A stretch of DNA of 59,276 nucleotides from a virus. Taxonomy: Duplodnaviria; Caudoviricetes. The notes under the pieces are model-generated. The model worked only from the letters and a program-made list of their open reading frames with translations, ran no database searches and was not told the DNA's origin. A program made the translations under genes and the position numbers. The stretch spans positions 1 through 59,276 of the IMG/VR virus record IMGVR_UViG_3300030118_002680; one strand, 5' to 3'. Of this stretch, positions 33,548 through 44,328 are shown piece by piece (the first letter of the stretch is position 1; each line of letters starts with the position of its first letter).

Positions 33548-36500
33548 TTATGATGAACATCCACATGAATAGAATGAAACATTGAATTGCTGTGGTGTAG
33601 GGAATGACTTAACACATCTAACCTGTACACCTGTTGGGAGTACTTCAACCGTTGCTACATTGTCATTACAATCTGTATAGAAGAATGTTCTCGTTTCTGT
33701 AGTTGAAGGATTCTCTATAAAGTATTCATCACATTCACATTCAATTACTGTTGAATTAACTATAGCAGTTTGAGGTAAATTAGATGATTGTATTACATTA
33801 TATGTACAAGCTCCAAACCCTTGTAAAGTTACGATATCTCCTATCTGTACCACTCCATCTTGAGGAATATACTCTAGTGGTTTTGTTCCGGTGCCATCAA
33901 TTTGACATCTTTCTACTTCCCAAGTTAGAGTACATCCACAATCCATCTCTGCTACTACGTTAGTTAAAGTTAAGTCTTTTGCACAAATCAATAAGGTTTC
34001 TCCTGCAAGCAGTTCTCCTGATTGATTTTGACTACTACAATCTACATAGTCATATGTTCCTCCACCTGCACCACCGGTTAGAGTGTAACTACTACAAACG
34101 TCAGTACAGTCTGTGATAGTTGGAAGAATGCTGTTTACTATTTCATTAGAATTATTTTGTGTTTCTGCACCTACTACATATACACACGATGGTTGAGAAA
34201 CAATACTAATAAACGTACCTGCTGTAACTCCTGAGGTAGGTGGTATTACTACTTCTAGTGGTTGACCACTTGCCGGAGTTGCTTCATCGTCTATACATAA
34301 AGTTGCAAATCTATTTGCACTTGGAACAGGAGTACCACTACAATCACAACATGCTTCTATCGCACTAACATTTGAATAACATAAATCTAAATTTGTTATA
34401 TCTCTTAAATCCCAAATTAAATATAAAATACTATCCGATGTGTTAGGCATTGCAAATAATGCTTCATAAGTATTACCTCCACCTAGAATTGGTGTTGCGT
34501 CTTGTGTGCTTGGGTTTGCAAGCAACGCAGCCACAGAGGTCGGACTGTTAGTGTAAACCGTATTAGTTCTTAGGTATCTAAATTTATTAGACAAAGGATT
34601 GAAAACAAAGTCATCTCCATCAGGCACAATTTTGTTACTAATAATTCTGATAGTAGCTCCATTTGCAGGTACTAAGTTTCCACCTTGTTGAGCTTGAGTT
34701 TGAGTAAACTGAGATACAATTAATCCTGTGCCTGTGTCAAACACCACTTGCTCAGATTGTAATGCACTTATAAATACTCCGTCTGTCCATCTATACTCAT
34801 TATGAATTAACTGCCCTGCTTCATTGTCTGAAGTAACAGTTACTTGAACTATATTAATTAGTGGAGCATCCGGACAAGTTACAGTAAACTCAATACTAAC
34901 ATCATCATTAGTAGCAGGAACAGAACTAAATTGTAAAAACAATTCTTCTGCTGATACTGAGGATTTGTTGAAGTTAAATGTAAAGGCTCCGTTTGCATTT
35001 AAGTCTGTATCTATTACGTTTACACCATCATATACTCCTAAAATTGGTATAGGTGTTCCACCATAGTTACTTACTTCTATGGTTACATCTACAGGACCAA
35101 CAGATACACCAAGCTCATATATATATTGTAATGAAGTTTGCCCTGTCCAAACCACAGTTTGTGTAACACCACAATTAATAACCGGAGGTAAAACAGGCTG
35201 AAGTCTGTCGGAACGATTTAAAACATATTCATTCATGTAGGGGTCATATCCTCCAAACTTAAATGTGTTAAAGCTTTCAATAAAGTAATCTCTAAAGAAA
35301 GACCTCATTCCTGTTTCAGATATTACAGCAAGCTGTTCGTTTTGAGCTGACGTACCTTTAAGCTGTAATACAGCTCCACGCTTGGCATCAGTAAAGAACT
35401 TATCTGAACCCCATTGTACATAGCTTTCAGGATTGTTGCTATTCCCATACTCTTCTATTCTAGCAATCTGAGTTCCTAAAACTTCAGGGACAGAAGTAAC
35501 GGCACCACCACCTGCAGAATCAGATAGTAGGTTTTTACCGGTTAACACATAAGAAATCTTATCTTCCTGTAAACACAGCACATCTGTTTCTCTTCCATCT
35601 AAAACTGTAATCGGACCATATGTGTCTTCAAGTGGTTTAAAGTTTAGTAAACCTAAGTTAAATACATTAAGCCTGTTAACATTGTTTTCATCATTATATA
35701 CACCACTATAAGTAATATCAGCAAATCTATGAGCTTGTTTAAATTCTTGCTCTGATGTGCTTGTAACACGGTTACCGAGCTCTAATGGTTTTCCTATAAT
35801 AGAGTCTTGTATTTTTGAGCTTTCAACACCATTACCAAATGTATAACAATTAAAAAATTCAGTATCAATAATCGCAGGTTGCGTAGGCGTTTGGTCTTGT
35901 ACATTTCCTGTATGAATAGCGTTTGATACAGGAGTGTCTGTTATTGTAACATTTGCAGGGTCAGTAGCAGGAGTGGATGCGCTAACTGCTGCTGTACCAC
36001 AATCTCCATAAACCACTTGCGTGGTGCCCGGTGCTACTGTAACACTTTCAGTAACTCCTTGAACCTCATAATCTATTATTAAAGGATTAGGTTCGGCTGC
36101 GTCTACAGTTATTGATATAGAACACTCTTCATTAAAAATAGGATAAGTTTTTGGAGACTCGTACCATAAATCAGGAGTTGCATCTTGAGGGTCAGACTCA
36201 AATATAATTAATGTATTGCTTCTTATAATTGTAATTTCCACATTCAAATTTGACCTACGGTTTCTGTTGCTACCACAACCTTTTGTACCTGTCATACCAA
36301 ACACTTGTTTACCTGATAAGTCAGGGTCGGTTCCATTATAATCTAAAAACCTCATGTTGTTAAATGAAAACTCACAAGGAAGGTCAGAAGTATCATTTGG
36401 GGAACTAAAGTTTCCTATTGTAGGGTCATATGCAAACTCAGAAGGTTGGTCATTTGTATCAGTTCTACATTCAGCTTGACTTGTTAAACCAAAAATATTA

Positions 36501-39022
36501 TCTCCATCAAAAAAGTCTTTTATATTTGCATAGTCTTGAGAAGCTGTAGCTGTAGTTTCCCATATACATTCTCTTAATTCACACCTGTTTCCATTACCAC
36601 CATTTCTTCTGTTGAAGTATTCAATCTTCATAGTTGAACCTTCAGGAATATCGAAGGGGAAAAATGCAAAAGTTGCAGGGTCTGCAGGGTCATAAAGTGT
36701 AGAGTCATAGTCAGGATTTGGAACTGTACAAACACTCATTAAAACTTTAGGACAATCTCCTCTATTACCCCTTCCACTTTGGTCATCGCTTACTACAGGA
36801 TTATCACCTAACTCTGTTGCGATTTGATTAGTTGCCACTAACATATAAGTTCCTGCAGGAACAATAGCCACATTGCCGGCTGCGTCTGTAGGTTTAGGAT
36901 TTATAAAGTCTTCTTCTTTAGCTTCTTTTTCTAATACAGTTACTTCTGTACACCTTAGCTTTGGTCCATTAGTATCTGCTTTTACAAACAAAGTGTCTCC
37001 TGCTTCTACCTTTTGAGAGTTCTCCCCTTCAAGCCTAAACCATGTTGCGCCTAAGGTTGCATCTTTAAAAAATAAATTTGTATATATAACATCATAGTTT
37101 TCTTTATCAGCCTTGATACAAAACTTATAATACTTGGCATAAGCCGGTGGAAGCTGAGTAGGAGGAATCTCTACTCTAATTTTGTTTTGACTAATAGACC
37201 TGTCACACGGAACATACTGCGTGTTGTTGGGACTAACAAGAGCTGTAGAAGCTCTCATGTATTCATCTAAATATATAATACCAACCTCATATCCTCTGTT
37301 ACTTTTTAAGCTAGTGGCATTAGCAACTTTGGTGTAGTCAGCTTCAGCTAAAGAAACCTGAAGATATTCATATGCTACATTTGCAGGATTGGTACTATCA
37401 ATATATTCAGCAGCGTTTATTTGAAGTAGTAAAATGTCAGGTTGACCGGGAGCATTAGTTGCTACAAAAAATGGTTCGTTTATACCGGTAATACCTGTTC
37501 CTGTTTTCTCATAGTTAGTGTCTAAAGTTAGTTGTAACGCACAATTAAACTCATCAGTTAATGAGGTGCCATCACATGCGTCAGCAAAAACAGGTTCTAG
37601 TAACTGTATAGCATCAAGAAAATCTTGGTCGTTAACTAAATCTTGTAGGGTTGGATAATCTTGTGTAAGCAGATATACAAAAGTAAGTCCTATATTACTA
37701 TTAGTTTGTGTAAGCTGCTGACCTGTTGGGTCAAAAGATTGATGCACCAAATCTATATCAATAGCTATACTTGAGCCTGCCACTAAATCAATACCTGCGA
37801 GATTTACTTCTATTACTGTATCAGGAATATTTACTACAGGTCCTCCTGCAATTGTATATCCTCCTGATGAGAGTTCTACTTCTAAAGCTGTAAACTCCAC
37901 TTGCTCACTCAAAAGTTCAGTAGTGTATTCAAGTTTTATTGCAGTCCCATTGTTGTCCACTAAATCATAACCATCAAAATAATTACCATACATCAAACGA
38001 TTACCCATTAATGTTTGAGCTTTTGCTTTTAACGGTACATTGTCATAAAGTCTTAATATTTCTGAATCAGGTAGAATAGTAAAAATTTTACTGTTACTAA
38101 ATGTATATTGTTGTTCGCTGTTATTTGGAATACCGAGGTCTGCCTTATCAAGTTTTTCAATAACTTTTATTGTGCCTGTATTCATATCTTTGAATAACAG
38201 GTCTATTCCTACAACTAACTCTCCTCCTGAGTTGTATGTTATTTCAGCAATGTTTGTAGTGTTTAACATTCCTTGATTTAAAAATGTAGCTGATGAAAAG
38301 TCAAAAGGTCCGGGTATAAAAGAAGGTGGAGAAAAAGGTGAGGTTGCAGAGTACTCATTATCTATATATCTATACCTATATCCAAAGCATACAAATCTAT
38401 CTTCTAAATAATTATTTGTTCCACCTGATTGTGGAGAAATTAAGGGTGCTGTGTAAGGAGGTCTCTTAATTACTAAAAGAGATTCAGCACTAAATTGGTC
38501 AATAAAGTTTCCATCAGGATTTGGATAGTTTCTATTTACATTGAAAAATCTTGGAGGGTTATTGTTATCAGTAAAAAATATTAACTCGTCTACATAGTTA
38601 ACACCTAACACTAAATAGTCAGGGTCAAAATTTAAAGTAGTATTTACTCCTCCTCCGTCATCAATACTTACAACATGATAAGTTAAGGTTTGACTATTCG
38701 TGTTAAATGAAACTATCATATCACACTTTCCTGTATCTCCTTGACCATAAGAAGGGTCGTGAACAAACCAATACATAGTTTCTTCTTCCCCTACTTCAAT
38801 AGCTCCTAAACATATAGCAGCACTTGAAAGATTGATTCCGTTATAATTAAGAGTAGTCAACTGCTCGTTTCCTTTAGAGTTTTCAACTGCACCAATCTCT
38901 GTGGTTTCAGTAGAACCTAAACGAACATTAACAGCATCTATATACTGTCCATTAGGTAAGAGTCTTTCATCAAGACCCTTGTTCATTTTACCTGCTACAA
39001 AATTTCTGCTTGTATTCGCCAT
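33548..39022 (-). CDS. Tail stabilization/nozzle protein with Cys-rich C-terminal extension
   Basis: F..GKMNK.LDERL.P.GQY.DA.N, FTDN.NPPR, F.YRYRY, NRL.YGNY, NGVES..I.D, YG.S.NPES; 1824 aa. Confidence 0.75.
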   Translation of the reverse strand: MANTSRNFVAGKMNKGLDERLLPNGQYIDAVNVRLGSTETTEIGAVENSKGNEQLTTLNYNGINLSSAAICLGAIEVGEEETMYWFVHDPSYGQGDTGKCDMIVSFNTNSQTLTYHVVSIDDGGGVNTTLNFDPDYLVLGVNYVDELIFFTDNNNPPRFFNVNRNYPNPDGNFIDQFSAESLLVIKRPPYTAPLISPQSGGTNNYLEDRFVCFGYRYRYIDNEYSATSPFSPPSFIPGPFDFSSATFLNQGMLNTTNIAEITYNSGGELVVGIDLLFKDMNTGTIKVIEKLDKADLGIPNNSEQQYTFSNSKIFTILPDSEILRLYDNVPLKAKAQTLMGNRLMYGNYFDGYDLVDNNGTAIKLEYTTELLSEQVEFTALEVELSSGGYTIAGGPVVNIPDTVIEVNLAGIDLVAGSSIAIDIDLVHQSFDPTGQQLTQTNSNIGLTFVYLLTQDYPTLQDLVNDQDFLDAIQLLEPVFADACDGTSLTDEFNCALQLTLDTNYEKTGTGITGINEPFFVATNAPGQPDILLLQINAAEYIDSTNPANVAYEYLQVSLAEADYTKVANATSLKSNRGYEVGIIYLDEYMRASTALVSPNNTQYVPCDRSISQNKIRVEIPPTQLPPAYAKYYKFCIKADKENYDVIYTNLFFKDATLGATWFRLEGENSQKVEAGDTLFVKADTNGPKLRCTEVTVLEKEAKEEDFINPKPTDAAGNVAIVPAGTYMLVATNQIATELGDNPVVSDDQSGRGNRGDCPKVLMSVCTVPNPDYDSTLYDPADPATFAFFPFDIPEGSTMKIEYFNRRNGGNGNRCELRECIWETTATASQDYANIKDFFDGDNIFGLTSQAECRTDTNDQPSEFAYDPTIGNFSSPNDTSDLPCEFSFNNMRFLDYNGTDPDLSGKQVFGMTGTKGCGSNRNRRSNLNVEITIIRSNTLIIFESDPQDATPDLWYESPKTYPIFNEECSISITVDAAEPNPLIIDYEVQGVTESVTVAPGTTQVVYGDCGTAAVSASTPATDPANVTITDTPVSNAIHTGNVQDQTPTQPAIIDTEFFNCYTFGNGVESSKIQDSIIGKPLELGNRVTSTSEQEFKQAHRFADITYSGVYNDENNVNRLNVFNLGLLNFKPLEDTYGPITVLDGRETDVLCLQEDKISYVLTGKNLLSDSAGGGAVTSVPEVLGTQIARIEEYGNSNNPESYVQWGSDKFFTDAKRGAVLQLKGTSAQNEQLAVISETGMRSFFRDYFIESFNTFKFGGYDPYMNEYVLNRSDRLQPVLPPVINCGVTQTVVWTGQTSLQYIYELGVSVGPVDVTIEVSNYGGTPIPILGVYDGVNVIDTDLNANGAFTFNFNKSSVSAEELFLQFSSVPATNDDVSIEFTVTCPDAPLINIVQVTVTSDNEAGQLIHNEYRWTDGVFISALQSEQVVFDTGTGLIVSQFTQTQAQQGGNLVPANGATIRIISNKIVPDGDDFVFNPLSNKFRYLRTNTVYTNSPTSVAALLANPSTQDATPILGGGNTYEALFAMPNTSDSILYLIWDLRDITNLDLCYSNVSAIEACCDCSGTPVPSANRFATLCIDDEATPASGQPLEVVIPPTSGVTAGTFISIVSQPSCVYVVGAETQNNSNEIVNSILPTITDCTDVCSSYTLTGGAGGGTYDYVDCSSQNQSGELLAGETLLICAKDLTLTNVVAEMDCGCTLTWEVERCQIDGTGTKPLEYIPQDGVVQIGDIVTLQGFGACTYNVIQSSNLPQTAIVNSTVIECECDEYFIENPSTTETRTFFYTDCNDNVATVEVLPTGVQVRCVKSFPTPQQFNVSFYSCGCSS

Positions 39023-39023
39023 A

Positions 39024-39947
39024 CTACTTTATCCATTTATCTCTACCCCTAAGATTCATTAAGAGTCTACCCGGGTGTATATTGCTTATTCTAATTTTTG
39101 CGTTGCGCAGCAATGAAGCTTTCTTTTTTCTTAATCTATTAACTATATACTCTTGCACACCAACCTTTGAACTTAGAATAGCATATTCGATATATGCATA
39201 AATATAATCTTCAAATAATTTGTTTACTGTCACTAAGGAGTCGTTACCATTTTCCATACCATCCGATACATATTCTAAGATACATTTTTCGTTAGCCATT
39301 CCTGAGCTAAAGTTTATGACCCCACCTTTTCTGTCAATAGAAAAAGTAGGATTGGCATTAGCTGTCTCGGTGTTTAATCCAAACCTAGCACCAATTGCAT
39401 AATCGAAATACCAATATCCATCACAACACCAACCTTCATAGCCATAGAAAATACTATTTTTATTTAAGTAAATACTTTTTAAACCGGATGTGATTCTTTC
39501 AAAATCTAAATCTGAATATTGAGGTTTCAATACATTTCCATCTTGGTCAAACAAAATTCTACAATCATGGTCTTGAAGATATGCATCGCTATAATTTGTT
39601 TGAATGTTTTCCGTTAAAGGATATAGTAAGCCGTTTCTGAATACTTGTATTCTCACCCAATTTACATAGTCAGGTGGCAACACAAATCTTAAGTTGTTAC
39701 ACACATCAAGCTCTAATATTTTTATTTCTTTAAAAGCATCGTAGTTTAGTTCTTGTATTCCTCTTTTGGCATGGAATAAAATTTTATACCTTTCTTCATT
39801 GTTTACTAATGAATGGTTACCTGCATACATTAGTTGAAAGTTTGTAACGATATCCTCTAAGCTAACATATTGATATGACCCCCAATTAGCATTCTCAGGT
39901 GGATTCCCTCCGTTTTCATAATATTGATAAGCTGATATATAAGTCAT
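39024..39947 (-). CDS. Head-tail connector/ring protein
   Basis: LPPDYVNWVRI, LEYVSDG; position between capsid and nozzle genes. Confidence 0.6.
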   Translation of the reverse strand: MTYISAYQYYENGGNPPENANWGSYQYVSLEDIVTNFQLMYAGNHSLVNNEERYKILFHAKRGIQELNYDAFKEIKILELDVCNNLRFVLPPDYVNWVRIQVFRNGLLYPLTENIQTNYSDAYLQDHDCRILFDQDGNVLKPQYSDLDFERITSGLKSIYLNKNSIFYGYEGWCCDGYWYFDYAIGARFGLNTETANANPTFSIDRKGGVINFSSGMANEKCILEYVSDGMENGNDSLVTVNKLFEDYIYAYIEYAILSSKVGVQEYIVNRLRKKKASLLRNAKIRISNIHPGRLLMNLRGRDKWIK

Positions 39948-39953
39948 AATCTA

Positions 39954-40709
39954 TTATTTTTCTTCTGTATTTTCTAAAGTTTCTAGTTGTCCACCAAATT
40001 GAACAGCAGTTACCTCTCTAATCGACATGCCTGCAAACTGTAATATTTTGCTAACTAAATTATACTCATCGTCAAGTGGTAACTCAAAGTCTTGAAACGA
40101 TGGGTTTGATTGATTAAACACAGGTTCTCCTCCGGTTAATGTAGTGTATGTCCATTGTGGGTCTCTAGGGTATCTTATATATTGACACCATATACTATTT
40201 TGCACTAATCCTGTTGGACCAAAAACCGTTAACAAATCTCCTTCAGTTGTATATGCAGGATAAGTTTCATTAGGCGCAGTAAGTAAAGAAGACCTTAGTA
40301 AATTAATTTTTTTATGAGTAACCTTTTCCACTTCTACAAAATCAGTAGCAAGAACACCTGTCCCTGCAGCTTGAGATGGAGAAAACAATACTTTATTAAT
40401 AAAATAATAATCCGATGCAGTAGTAGCTACTGATGGCATATTATAGAACTGAGAAGCCACAAAGTTTAACGGAAGAAAAACAGAAAACAAATCTATTACC
40501 TCTTCGTATCCTTTTTTAATATCGGCATAACCTGTACCGGATTGTCTTGCGTTTTCTTTGTTTACCTGATAGTTATATTGATAAAAATAATCCTCAAACA
40601 AATCTAGCTGTGCTTGCTTTGCATAAAGGTTGAAATCTTGTGGCGATATGTATCCGTAATTATTTTTATTAAGTATAGCTAATACCGTGTTTCGGACTGA
40701 GTTTATCAT
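39954..40709 (-). CDS. Head-tail adaptor/tail tubular-like protein
   Basis: NK...GY..P..FN..A..AQ; YIRYP..P.W; DFELP. Confidence 0.6.
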   Translation of the reverse strand: MINSVRNTVLAILNKNNYGYISPQDFNLYAKQAQLDLFEDYFYQYNYQVNKENARQSGTGYADIKKGYEEVIDLFSVFLPLNFVASQFYNMPSVATTASDYYFINKVLFSPSQAAGTGVLATDFVEVEKVTHKKINLLRSSLLTAPNETYPAYTTEGDLLTVFGPTGLVQNSIWCQYIRYPRDPQWTYTTLTGGEPVFNQSNPSFQDFELPLDDEYNLVSKILQFAGMSIREVTAVQFGGQLETLENTEEK

Positions 40710-40725
40710 CTATAAATCTTTTTTA

Positions 40726-40733
40726 CAAAGATA
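40726..40733 (-). promoter_or_regulatory. -7 promoter element TATCTTTG
   Basis: Lies between a terminator and ORF 40709. Confidence 0.6.
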
Positions 40734-40736
40734 AAC

Positions 40737-40770
40737 AAAAAAAAAAGAGGGTTGAAAAAATCAACCCCCT
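40737..40770 (-). terminator. Intrinsic terminator
   Basis: gagggttga/tcaaccccc stem with a long A-run on its left. Confidence 0.7.
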
Positions 40771-40798
40771 ACTAACTAAACCACAATGTGTGCCTACA

Positions 40799-41545
40799 CT
40801 ACGATAATTGTTTTTCTAAATACTCAAGTTTTTCTACACCCTCATCAGTCTTAAAATAAGAAGCTAATACATGCAGAGGTTCTTCACCAAAAGGAATAGT
40901 TACTAATCTCTTTTTGTTTGATGGTAGATTAAAATAAACATCTTTCTTTTTGTTTCTATAAGATAACATTCCTTCTTCAAAAAACTTTTGAATAGTTGAA
41001 TGTAACTTTAATGCAGGGTCATCAATGACTTGTAAAAAGTCTGAAGGATAATTTCTAGCGTAAACTAAAATGTCTCGTTTCAATTCAGAGCTAGACATTT
41101 TTGTTACATCTCCTTTTAATATCACTCTTCCTACTGCTTCCATTTCTTCTACATCCATTTGCTTGGCTGCAATTAAAGCGTCTACTTCAACATTCAAAGA
41201 TTCAACTTCTCTAGCTGCATCTTTGGCTGTATCTACTTCTTCAAACTTTCTTCCATTCAAAGGATGATAAGCTAGAAATCTTTGTAAGGCTTGATTTTGT
41301 TTTGGAACTCTTAGTAATCCTGATTCAAAGATAATAGGCGTTACGATAGCATTGCCATCTTGCTCATCTTTAAAAGGACTTTGTTGATTAGTTGCGTATC
41401 TGATTTCTCTATTTTCTCCTGTTTCTTCATCAAAGTAAAGTAGAGGTCTACGCTTTGAACTTTTGGATGGGAGCATGAAGCTCAAGGGAGCTGCTCCTCT
41501 CGTCAAACGATATATTCGTGACTTAAATTCTTTTTGCTTTTTCAT
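40799..41545 (-). CDS. Hypothetical protein downstream of the major capsid gene
   Basis: 248-aa ORF flanked by terminators. Confidence 0.75.
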   Translation of the reverse strand: MKKQKEFKSRIYRLTRGAAPLSFMLPSKSSKRRPLLYFDEETGENREIRYATNQQSPFKDEQDGNAIVTPIIFESGLLRVPKQNQALQRFLAYHPLNGRKFEEVDTAKDAAREVESLNVEVDALIAAKQMDVEEMEAVGRVILKGDVTKMSSSELKRDILVYARNYPSDFLQVIDDPALKLHSTIQKFFEEGMLSYRNKKKDVYFNLPSNKKRLVTIPFGEEPLHVLASYFKTDEGVEKLEYLEKQLS

Positions 41546-41571
41546 TATATTTAAAATTAAAGTTGATTAAT

Positions 41572-41606
41572 AAAAAAAGATAGGGGAGTCCGAAGACTCC
41601 CTTATC
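41572..41606 (-). terminator. Intrinsic terminator after the major capsid gene
   Basis: 12-bp stem with C(UUCG)G loop on the - strand and a U7 tail. Confidence 0.85.
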
Positions 41607-41622
41607 AATATATATATAGGTA

Positions 41623-43110
41623 TTATTCTTCAAATAATACGAAGTTGTTCGCACCCATAACACAAACACATCTTTCTGATAAGAAGTTAACTCTCATCTC
41701 ATCAATGTCTGTAGTAGCTGCTCCACCTGCTGAACCTGTAATCCAAGTCTTGTAACGTCTGTCTTCAGTTTCTGAAGCTCTATAACGTACATGAAGGAAA
41801 GGTCTCTTAGCATTTTTACCAAGTACTTGGTCATAAACACTTGTAGAACCTGCCGGTACTAATAAACCTGTGATTGCACCTGAACCCGGAATAACAGGGT
41901 TGTTTGTTAAACCACCTCTCATTGTTGGGTCATTCAGATATTTCCAATCAGACTTATAGAAGTCATAACCTCTTCGGAATCCTGAGAATCCTAAGTTAAG
42001 AGCCATTTCCTCATCGTTGTCAAATAGTCCGTAAGACGTACCACCTGCACCATATGAGTTTTGAGCTGCTAACATATCATCAATATCGAATCCGAATTGT
42101 CTGTTAACGAAGAGTACATTTTCTTCGATTGCTCCTTGCTTGTCTAATCTATCGATAACTGCATCAAAGTCAGCTAAAGCGTCAGGGTTACCACCACCCC
42201 ACAAGTTTCCTCTAGTTCCTACAGCGTGGAATACACCTTCTGAACCAATGAATCCTGCGACTGCTGCACCTGAAGCTGCTCCTGCCGGTACTGCTTCAAT
42301 CATTGAAGTTTCTAAATAGTCATCGAATCTTAATCTAGTTTCGTGCTCTGATTTTAGGTACCATAAGTATCCTGATGCACCATCCTCAGTTGTGATTTCA
42401 ATCCAACCGATTTGAGCCATATCCGAACCATTTACTAGATAAGTATCTTTTAAAATGATTGGGTTGTTCTCAAAGATGTAGTCATCAGACTCTAATGAAC
42501 CATCCATTCCTGCTGTTCCTTTTTGGAACTCAGAACCATAGATGAATACTGTAACATCATCGTTACCGAATCCTGTTCCTGCAGTTACTAAACCTGCTGC
42601 TTCATAGAACGCTACAGTAAATTGAAGAATATTACCACCCACTTCTACTGCTGTGATAATACCTTTGTTTTCACCTGAACCATTGTTTTGGCTAACAACT
42701 ACAGTTTGTCCTACTCTTAAGGCTATACCACCTTGAGCATCAAACGGGTTGCTACCCGTGATAACTGTCCCTGCAGGGTTTGCACCGATTGCCGGGTCGT
42801 TAACTTGGAATGTACATGTTGCATCACCAATGTTTGATGCAGGGTCTCCCCCTACTTGTACATATTTAATATGTAGCCTACCTTGCTCTGCCCACTTAAT
42901 AAGGTCAGAGTTAGAAGGCATCTCAGCTCCCACCATTCTTAGGAACGAGCTAAGTGTACGATTACCATATCTTTCAAATTCTTTCTCATATGTATCAGGA
43001 AGATACTGATTCAAGAAGTCAAAGTTGGTAATGTAATTTGTCTCCAACGGTACTTTCTGTGCAGAAGGCTGCAAAGAAAATGTTGGATTCGCTTGTAAAT
43101 TACCTGCCAT
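41623..43110 (-). CDS. Major capsid protein
   Basis: 495 aa; follows the scaffold and precedes a strong terminator; QYLPD.YE.EFERYGNR, W.EQGRLH. Confidence 0.8.
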   Translation of the reverse strand: MAGNLQANPTFSLQPSAQKVPLETNYITNFDFLNQYLPDTYEKEFERYGNRTLSSFLRMVGAEMPSNSDLIKWAEQGRLHIKYVQVGGDPASNIGDATCTFQVNDPAIGANPAGTVITGSNPFDAQGGIALRVGQTVVVSQNNGSGENKGIITAVEVGGNILQFTVAFYEAAGLVTAGTGFGNDDVTVFIYGSEFQKGTAGMDGSLESDDYIFENNPIILKDTYLVNGSDMAQIGWIEITTEDGASGYLWYLKSEHETRLRFDDYLETSMIEAVPAGAASGAAVAGFIGSEGVFHAVGTRGNLWGGGNPDALADFDAVIDRLDKQGAIEENVLFVNRQFGFDIDDMLAAQNSYGAGGTSYGLFDNDEEMALNLGFSGFRRGYDFYKSDWKYLNDPTMRGGLTNNPVIPGSGAITGLLVPAGSTSVYDQVLGKNAKRPFLHVRYRASETEDRRYKTWITGSAGGAATTDIDEMRVNFLSERCVCVMGANNFVLFEE

Positions 43111-43133
43111 TTTTTCTAATTTTTAATTATTAA

Positions 43134-44276
43134 TTACTTTCTACTTTTAATTTTGAGTCCTCTCCCCTCAGTTGGGTTGAGAGCTCTAATTGTCATACCA
43201 TCCTTCTTCGCAACTTGAGGTGTATTCCTCGTAGACATATTGACATTTTTAATTTTTTTTGTCACATCTGTCGTTGCGTCAGCCATACCTTGTTCATAAA
43301 AAAACTTGGCAAACCTTTCAGGATTCTGAGCAACGGATGCAGCTCTATGGTAACCTACTGCGTCTTTGATTAAACCTGTTTCTTCATCAAGAAACCTTTT
43401 AATAAAGTTTGATGAATCAGAATTTAAAGTTTTAATCTCAGCCACATTCGTAGAAGGTAAAAAAGTTATCACTTTGTCTTCACCAACTTTGAAGTCAAAA
43501 CCTTTGAACTCCGGGGAAAAAACTTCTTCGGTCTTAGATAAGAACCAATCTCGTTTCCTTTTTGCTTCCTCTTCATAGGTCTGAGCATCCTTTACATATT
43601 GATTATAAGCTTCAATAGTTTTTTGTTGCTCTTCAGAAATAGATGCCGTACTTGACTCAAGTGGCTCCTTATACATTTCTTTCTGAGCTTCGAAAAACTT
43701 TCTTGCTTTACCAATCTCTTTTTTAAAAGCTAACTTCTTTTTCTTTATTACATTTTCTTCATCTACATCTGCGTCATACGCAAAATCTTCAAGCATGTAA
43801 TTAATATCATCTCCATCTAATGAATCTTCAGTAGCATGATAATATTCTCTAAGAAGCTGCTTTTCATCCATAGCTTTGAAGTCTCTATTCAATTTAGAAT
43901 AGTCTTCAAAACTACGTCCTGTCTTTTTTCTATACTCTAAATATGCAGCAACGTCTTCAGGAATTTCTTCGTTTGCTTCTTTTTCTGCAAACAAATCTGA
44001 AACGGATGCAACATCTTTGTCGTATCTATTCTTAATAAATGAAAGAACATCCTCCTCTTTTAACTCTGAGGATTGAGTAACTTCTTTTGGTGCTTCCTCT
44101 TGAGGTTTAGCACTCTCTTCAACTTGTGGTGTTGGTTCGCTAGGTGTTTCTGAACTAACCTCTTCCACTTTTGGAGCTGCAGTTTCTTTTTCTACAGCTT
44201 TGTCAAGAACTTCTTGTTCCTTTTGGGATACTGATTTTTCTTCATCAGACCCAAGGTCTTTTACTTTTATTTCCAT
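43134..44276 (-). CDS. Putative capsid scaffolding protein
   Basis: Acidic low-complexity N-terminus; helical; between portal and capsid genes. Confidence 0.65.
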   Translation of the reverse strand: MEIKVKDLGSDEEKSVSQKEQEVLDKAVEKETAAPKVEEVSSETPSEPTPQVEESAKPQEEAPKEVTQSSELKEEDVLSFIKNRYDKDVASVSDLFAEKEANEEIPEDVAAYLEYRKKTGRSFEDYSKLNRDFKAMDEKQLLREYYHATEDSLDGDDINYMLEDFAYDADVDEENVIKKKKLAFKKEIGKARKFFEAQKEMYKEPLESSTASISEEQQKTIEAYNQYVKDAQTYEEEAKRKRDWFLSKTEEVFSPEFKGFDFKVGEDKVITFLPSTNVAEIKTLNSDSSNFIKRFLDEETGLIKDAVGYHRAASVAQNPERFAKFFYEQGMADATTDVTKKIKNVNMSTRNTPQVAKKDGMTIRALNPTEGRGLKIKSRK

Positions 44277-44293
44277 TAGATTAAATTTTTATA

Positions 44294-44301
44294 CAAAGTT
44301 A
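44294..44301 (-). promoter_or_regulatory. -7 promoter element TAACTTTG for scaffold-capsid
   Basis: Consensus match in the intergenic gap. Confidence 0.55.
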
Positions 44302-44328
44302 ATAAATATTTTTCGTTCAAATTATTTA

